Shown piece by piece: positions 53,134 through 64,000 of a stretch of 64,000 nucleotides of DNA. Under the pieces are notes generated by a model, which saw only the letters and a list, made by a program, of their open reading frames with translations, had not been told where the DNA came from and did no database searches. The stretch comes from the human T2T-CHM13v2.0 reference genome, Homo sapiens. The stretch is from assembly GCF_009914755.1 (NCBI RefSeq), contig NC_060926.1, one strand, 5' to 3'. The position numbers were made by a program, and so were the translations under genes. Every line of letters begins with the position of its first letter. Positions within the stretch are counted from its first letter, which is position 1.

Positions 53134-55473
53134 CTGCAAAATAACCAGAGCCCTATTATTTGAGATTGAGTAAAAACCCAGCCATGATAGCTAAAACTCC
53201 ATACCTCAAAAAATTGGACTCAAATTGTGCTTCACAGGCAATCTGCTTTTAAGTTAGTCAGGTATGTCACAATGCTTGCTCTCTCAGGACACATGAACAA
53301 AACAGGCACTTTTATAACAAAAACCCAAGTCAGAAAGCCATGCAATGTAATTTTCTATTAAAGTATACATAAGCATATTTTAGATCAATCTGAGTGATTT
53401 ATTAAGTGTTCAGGGTCAAAATGACAAAGACGTGGTGGTGAAAAGGGAAAATTAATGTAAGTCAATGTTCAATATGCAAAAATACTTAATAAATTATCTG
53501 TATGGTACGCATGCATTTAATCTGGTAGCTGACTCTCTTCTACGCTGTAATTTGTTAGTCTACCCTAAACTCAAGGAATAGGAAGAGTTTATAGGCTGTA
53601 TATAAGGGAAAATACCATATTTTTTATACTACATGCTTTTACAGACCACTGTTTATTACACATCTATAAATCAAGCACTGATATTTGCACTTTTTAGAGA
53701 ATATCATGAGAACCCTTCAACATACAGTTATCAACTTATCTCCTTTAACAACAACAAAAAATCAGGAAAATATGCTACTGACTGCCAAATGATTCCTTTA
53801 AATGCAGGAAAGCTAATTCCTTATATAGCCTAAAACTCAAACATTATACATTATCTCAATTGAAAATCATAAAACTTAAAGGTCTTACCAAGAAAAAAAA
53901 AGTATACACCAATAATCATGGGACCATAAGAAAATCTACAGACTAAAAATATGACACAGAAATATATTTAAGAGAAAAAAATATAACCCACGATTTGTAA
54001 ATCATGAAATTGCTAAAATCTGAAGGTCACTTAACTTAAACTCACCAACTGTTAAACAATCTTTGCCTAATTCCAAACTAAAATTCCCGTGTTTTCAAAA
54101 AAACTACCTCAATTAAAATCAAAGCATTTAATAAAATAGCTACTTAATCTGTTCACAATGTTAGAAAATTTTTTCTTCTTAAAGTTTCAGAAAATGTTAG
54201 TCTTGAAAAATATTCAACTCATTTATTTCTCTCTGAAAAGATTCTCTGAAGCAGCAGCAAAGATCTAGATCAGGCTTCTTTATCCTTTTATGGTTCTATG
54301 ACTACTCTGACAATAGGATAAAATTTACAAAGATTTTCCACACCAAAATGAAAACACAAAATTGTGCATAGAGATTTAGAGCCCTTGAGAGGCCAAAGGC
54401 TAAGACTGTCTAAGTCCAGATATTCGAAAGCAAGCTAATTATTATTGAAACTCTAAGATATTATTAAGAAGGACAATCAAGAAATGAAAGCTGTACTTAT
54501 TTTCCTGATCAGGTCTCACAAAGAAAAATGTCATCTGAAAGAAGTCCATTTATAAGCCCTAATTCTGTGACCACCTTTAAAGTTGGTAATTCCTTGGTCA
54601 CATCCCCTAATCAAGGAACGATAACTCTTCAAACGAAAGCTCCTAAAATTCACCAATACTACTGGCATTTACTTTCCAGTCTCCTCATCTCATCTCTGCT
54701 GTTGGTCTGTTCAAACCAAACCACAGCTAGCACTTCCTTTTTACTATTCTTCTAGGTGGAAAAATAACAGAGCAAGCAGAAACCCTGAAGAAGTTTTCTA
54801 AGCTAATTACTCTACAGAAAGTACTGTAAACAACTTGTTATTCTTACTCTAATATGGCATGCTTTTCAAAATTTTAAAGTTCTTCTATGATGAATGCTAT
54901 CTCAAGTAAGGTATTTATTCATAAGGGCCTAAAATGTATGACTAATAACAAGTGCAAGCAAGGCAGTGCTTCATAAAATATTATTAAGGCACTATTATTG
55001 TTAGCAGTTTTTTTAAAAGGGTGTAAATATCTAGAAAATAATATTCAATAACTGCTTTTTAAGTTGAATTGTTAAGGTTTCTTTTTGTTAAAATATATTA
55101 ACACAAAATGCATGGTATCATAGAAGTACCCAACAGATCTAAATTCCTTAGTTACAGCACAATTTTACTAAAGATTGTCACCAAGCTAGCTTGATACCTA
55201 TATAAGAAAGTAAAACATGTACAATGGCAAATTTGTCTCTTAAGAGCTATGCTAATTGAAAAAGGATTTTAAGATAATTGAAAACCAAAGGTTTATTCAT
55301 CAATGGGAAAACAATCTTTTGCTGTTAACTTCTTGAATGATCTCTAAACAATGTAATACATTATATTCAAGTTATAAAATTAATGTACAAAATTCACAAC
55401 AGAATTATTTTCAAGTTATGTCTACATATAATTGTTTCTAATTAAAAGGATTTTATTTATCTTCTGTTACTTA

Positions 55474-55563
<90 letters not shown>

Positions 55564-56083
55564 TTATAAGGGGAAGGAAGGGGAAGTGAAAAGAAAAATA
55601 GAACTTTAGAATTTAAAAAGTACTAAAATCTATCCAATAAAGTATTCTTAAAATGATTATGGCTTATGATAAAGTATAAATAAAACACTATCCTATATCT
55701 ATACAAATCCTACCAATTTTAAACAATGAATCAAGGTAACAATATAGGAAAAATTCTCCTGAAACGACTGTGATACATCTAACTGTAAAGTGACATTTAT
55801 ATTTCTATTTACAGTCAATTATTACACTGGTCTAAGAAAATAAACTAATAACATACAAGTTTCAGTTCTGCAAAAAAATTTAATGACTTAGTTACCATTC
55901 TAATAATAATTATTTACTTTTATTCAGTTTACCACTATATTAAGGCTTTACAAATTAAAATAAAATAGTGGTACTGTGAATTATGTAGACTAGATTTGCC
56001 TCAGTTAACACAATTTACTGAAGCTAGCTACATGATATATACTTGGTTTAACCATATTTTGTGAAGAACAATCAAAGAAATAC

Positions 56084-56202
56084 CTTGCATTGCAACAGTT
56101 TGATGTTAAAGTATTTGACAGTTTTCTCAAAAGCCAACAGTTTTGGTTGCCCAGACATTACACCATTCAGTTTATGTGAATCCATGTGCAAGTGAACTAA
56201 GA
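56084..56202 (-). other. TIA1: TIA1 119-nt frameshifting alternative exon in intron 5 (predicted poison exon)
   Basis: Acceptor ttctgttgccttcag|, donor AAG|gtatttctttgattgtt; 119 nt shifts the frame and produces TAA within exon 6. Confidence 0.7.
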
Positions 56203-56798
56203 CTGAAGGCAACAGAATGAAAACAGTAATCCCTTCACTTTATATCAGAACCATTAAAAAAGCATTGGAGAGAAATAACCAACCCATATCTGAAGTTTTT
56301 AAAAAAGACAATTATCAAAAAAAGAAACACTTTAAAAATGCAAAATTGTTGGACCAACACTTTAAAATGGACACATACATCAATTTGACAAAGCATATTT
56401 GGAAAGAAAAGTTACCCATATTTGACAGGCCTTAAACAACATTTTGGATTGCTCTTTGGGAAACAAAATTTGAGGAGCAACTCAAGCATTTGGAAGATCT
56501 GGGTATGAAGCCCAAATGGTGACCTCAAGAAAGGAGGGTATTTTGCCCCTTAGTTGGTGAAAGTAGTTCTAAGGCATCAGCTGCTACCAAACGGGTCAGA
56601 AAGCTTGAACTAGCACCAAAGTAGCGGACAAGTTATACTTGGTCAACACTGAGAAGGGAGAAAAGTATTGCTAGAGAGACAAATAGAAATAATATCTCCT
56701 CCCGCCCCCCTCCCCCAAATATCAAACAAAAAAACTTCAGGTGGTTAGTGAATACCCTTTCAAGAGATTTCATTTTATGTTTAAGAAGATACAATTAC

Positions 56799-56831
56799 CT
56801 TGTGAACGCTGTGTGCTGACAACGGTACTAC
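56799..56831 (-). CDS. TIA1: TIA1 exon 5 (33-nt in-frame alternative exon, S-STVVSTQRSQ; distinguishes TIA1a from TIA1b)
   Basis: Acceptor atcag|, donor |gtaatt followed by U-rich sequence; length divisible by 3, phase 1/1. Confidence 0.94.
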
Positions 56832-57003
56832 CTGATGACAAAGATTAGATTTGTTCTTAAATTTATTAACACAAACACATTCAATCATATCTTAGGATAA
56901 CGATCAAAACATTACTGCAAACATGTATGATGTTTATAGGCTTTACAATAAAACTACTGGGTACAATAAAAACAAATGTTCAAAGAGCATAAAATATACT
57001 TAC

Positions 57004-57058
57004 TGCTTGTATCTTTCTTTTGACTGCTAGGGGTTGTTGCCCAATTCACTTTGACTTC
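57004..57058 (-). CDS. TIA1: TIA1 exon 4 (55 nt): EVKVNWATTPSSQKKDTS
   Basis: Poly-T tract plus tag| acceptor, donor |gtaagt; frame continuous with exon 3. Confidence 0.96.
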
Positions 57059-57368
57059 CTAAAAAAAAAAAATTTCTACATTTATACTTCACAAAAATAA
57101 AGCCCAAAATCACATTTGTATCTATAAACACATAGGAAGATATCTGTTTAAGATGAAACACTGAAGGAGATACCAGCTCTGGTCAAGTTTCAACACTTAA
57201 TCTTCTGACCTACATTTAGGCAAATAATGTTGACAAATCCTAATCTTTATGTGTCTGTTATCATTCAATTAACCTTTCCTACCTAAAGTACCCATATTAT
57301 TTTTTTTCCTTTCATTCTTTTCCATTAGCATCCAAGCTTGAGTAATTCAGCAAATATTTTGTTATTTA

Positions 57369-63254
<5,886 letters not shown>

Positions 63255-63280
63255 TCAGGGTTAACACCAATTAGATGAAT

Positions 63281-63282
<2 letters not shown>

Positions 63283-63319
<37 letters not shown>

Positions 63320-63324
63320 TGTGT
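63283..63324. repeat. (GT)~20 microsatellite in TIA1 intron 2
   Basis: Seen directly, one interruption. Confidence 0.95.
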
Positions 63325-63741
63325 TTAATACATTGTCTCATAAATAGGAATTGCCTAAATACAAGAAAAACTTGAATGATGACCTTTAAAAATAAAGTTA
63401 AAAATACTTTCACTGTACCAAATGCCTATTATTTTTAAACCTGTTTTCCAATTTAATTGTAAGAGCTGAATTTATTAGCCAACCAGTTGACACCACATAT
63501 AAACATTTCTGATGCCTCAATGCACCTGAAAGAGCCCATATATATGTTCCCATCTGATCTAGAAATAACTAGTTCTATTGTCATCTTCCATCATGTAATA
63601 AAACAAATTAAATTCAGCTGTCAAAACAGGTTCATTACAAATTCACTAAAATCCCTATTAACTTAGAATATGGTAAACTAAGACTATATTTAGACTACAG
63701 TAAACTAATAATTTATACTATATTTAGACCATGGTAAACTA

Positions 63742-63999
<258 letters not shown>

Positions 64000-64000
64000 C

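Overview
Human (hominid) genomic DNA, very Alu-dense, that I recognise from the encoded proteins as the TIA1 / C2orf42 locus (2p13). Both genes lie on the minus strand in tandem. TIA1 coding exons 2-13 (63916 to 40462) all have GT-AG boundaries and total 1135 nt; with the 26 coding nt I recall for exon 1 (outside the window) this gives the 386-aa protein. Also visible are the 33-nt alternative exon 5, two frame-breaking alternative exons, a TAGCAG tandem acceptor and a ~3.3-kb 3' UTR. C2orf42 has a CpG-island promoter (~18.3-18.9 kb), a uORF-rich 5' UTR exon and three coding exons; the rest lies left of the window. The ~18-kb intergenic interval holds a 3'-truncated HERV-S/HERVL18 provirus (LTR18, tRNA-Ser PBS, decayed gag-pro-RT with YIDD). 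The most unusual structures are: (i) a 222-bp, ~96% identical inverted copy of the provirus end pasted into a neighbouring Alu, enclosing a head-to-head AluY pair 35 bp apart; (ii) a spliced C2orf42 uORF in frame with the main ORF and separated from it only by TGA-AAA; (iii) a ~78-bp mRNA-3'-end-like insert inside an Alu linker. Almost all entries in the supplied ORF track are Alu or other repeat translations. I did not find a wholly new gene system; the findings are structural or regulatory hypotheses. Repeat family names come from recalled consensus sequences, not from a search.
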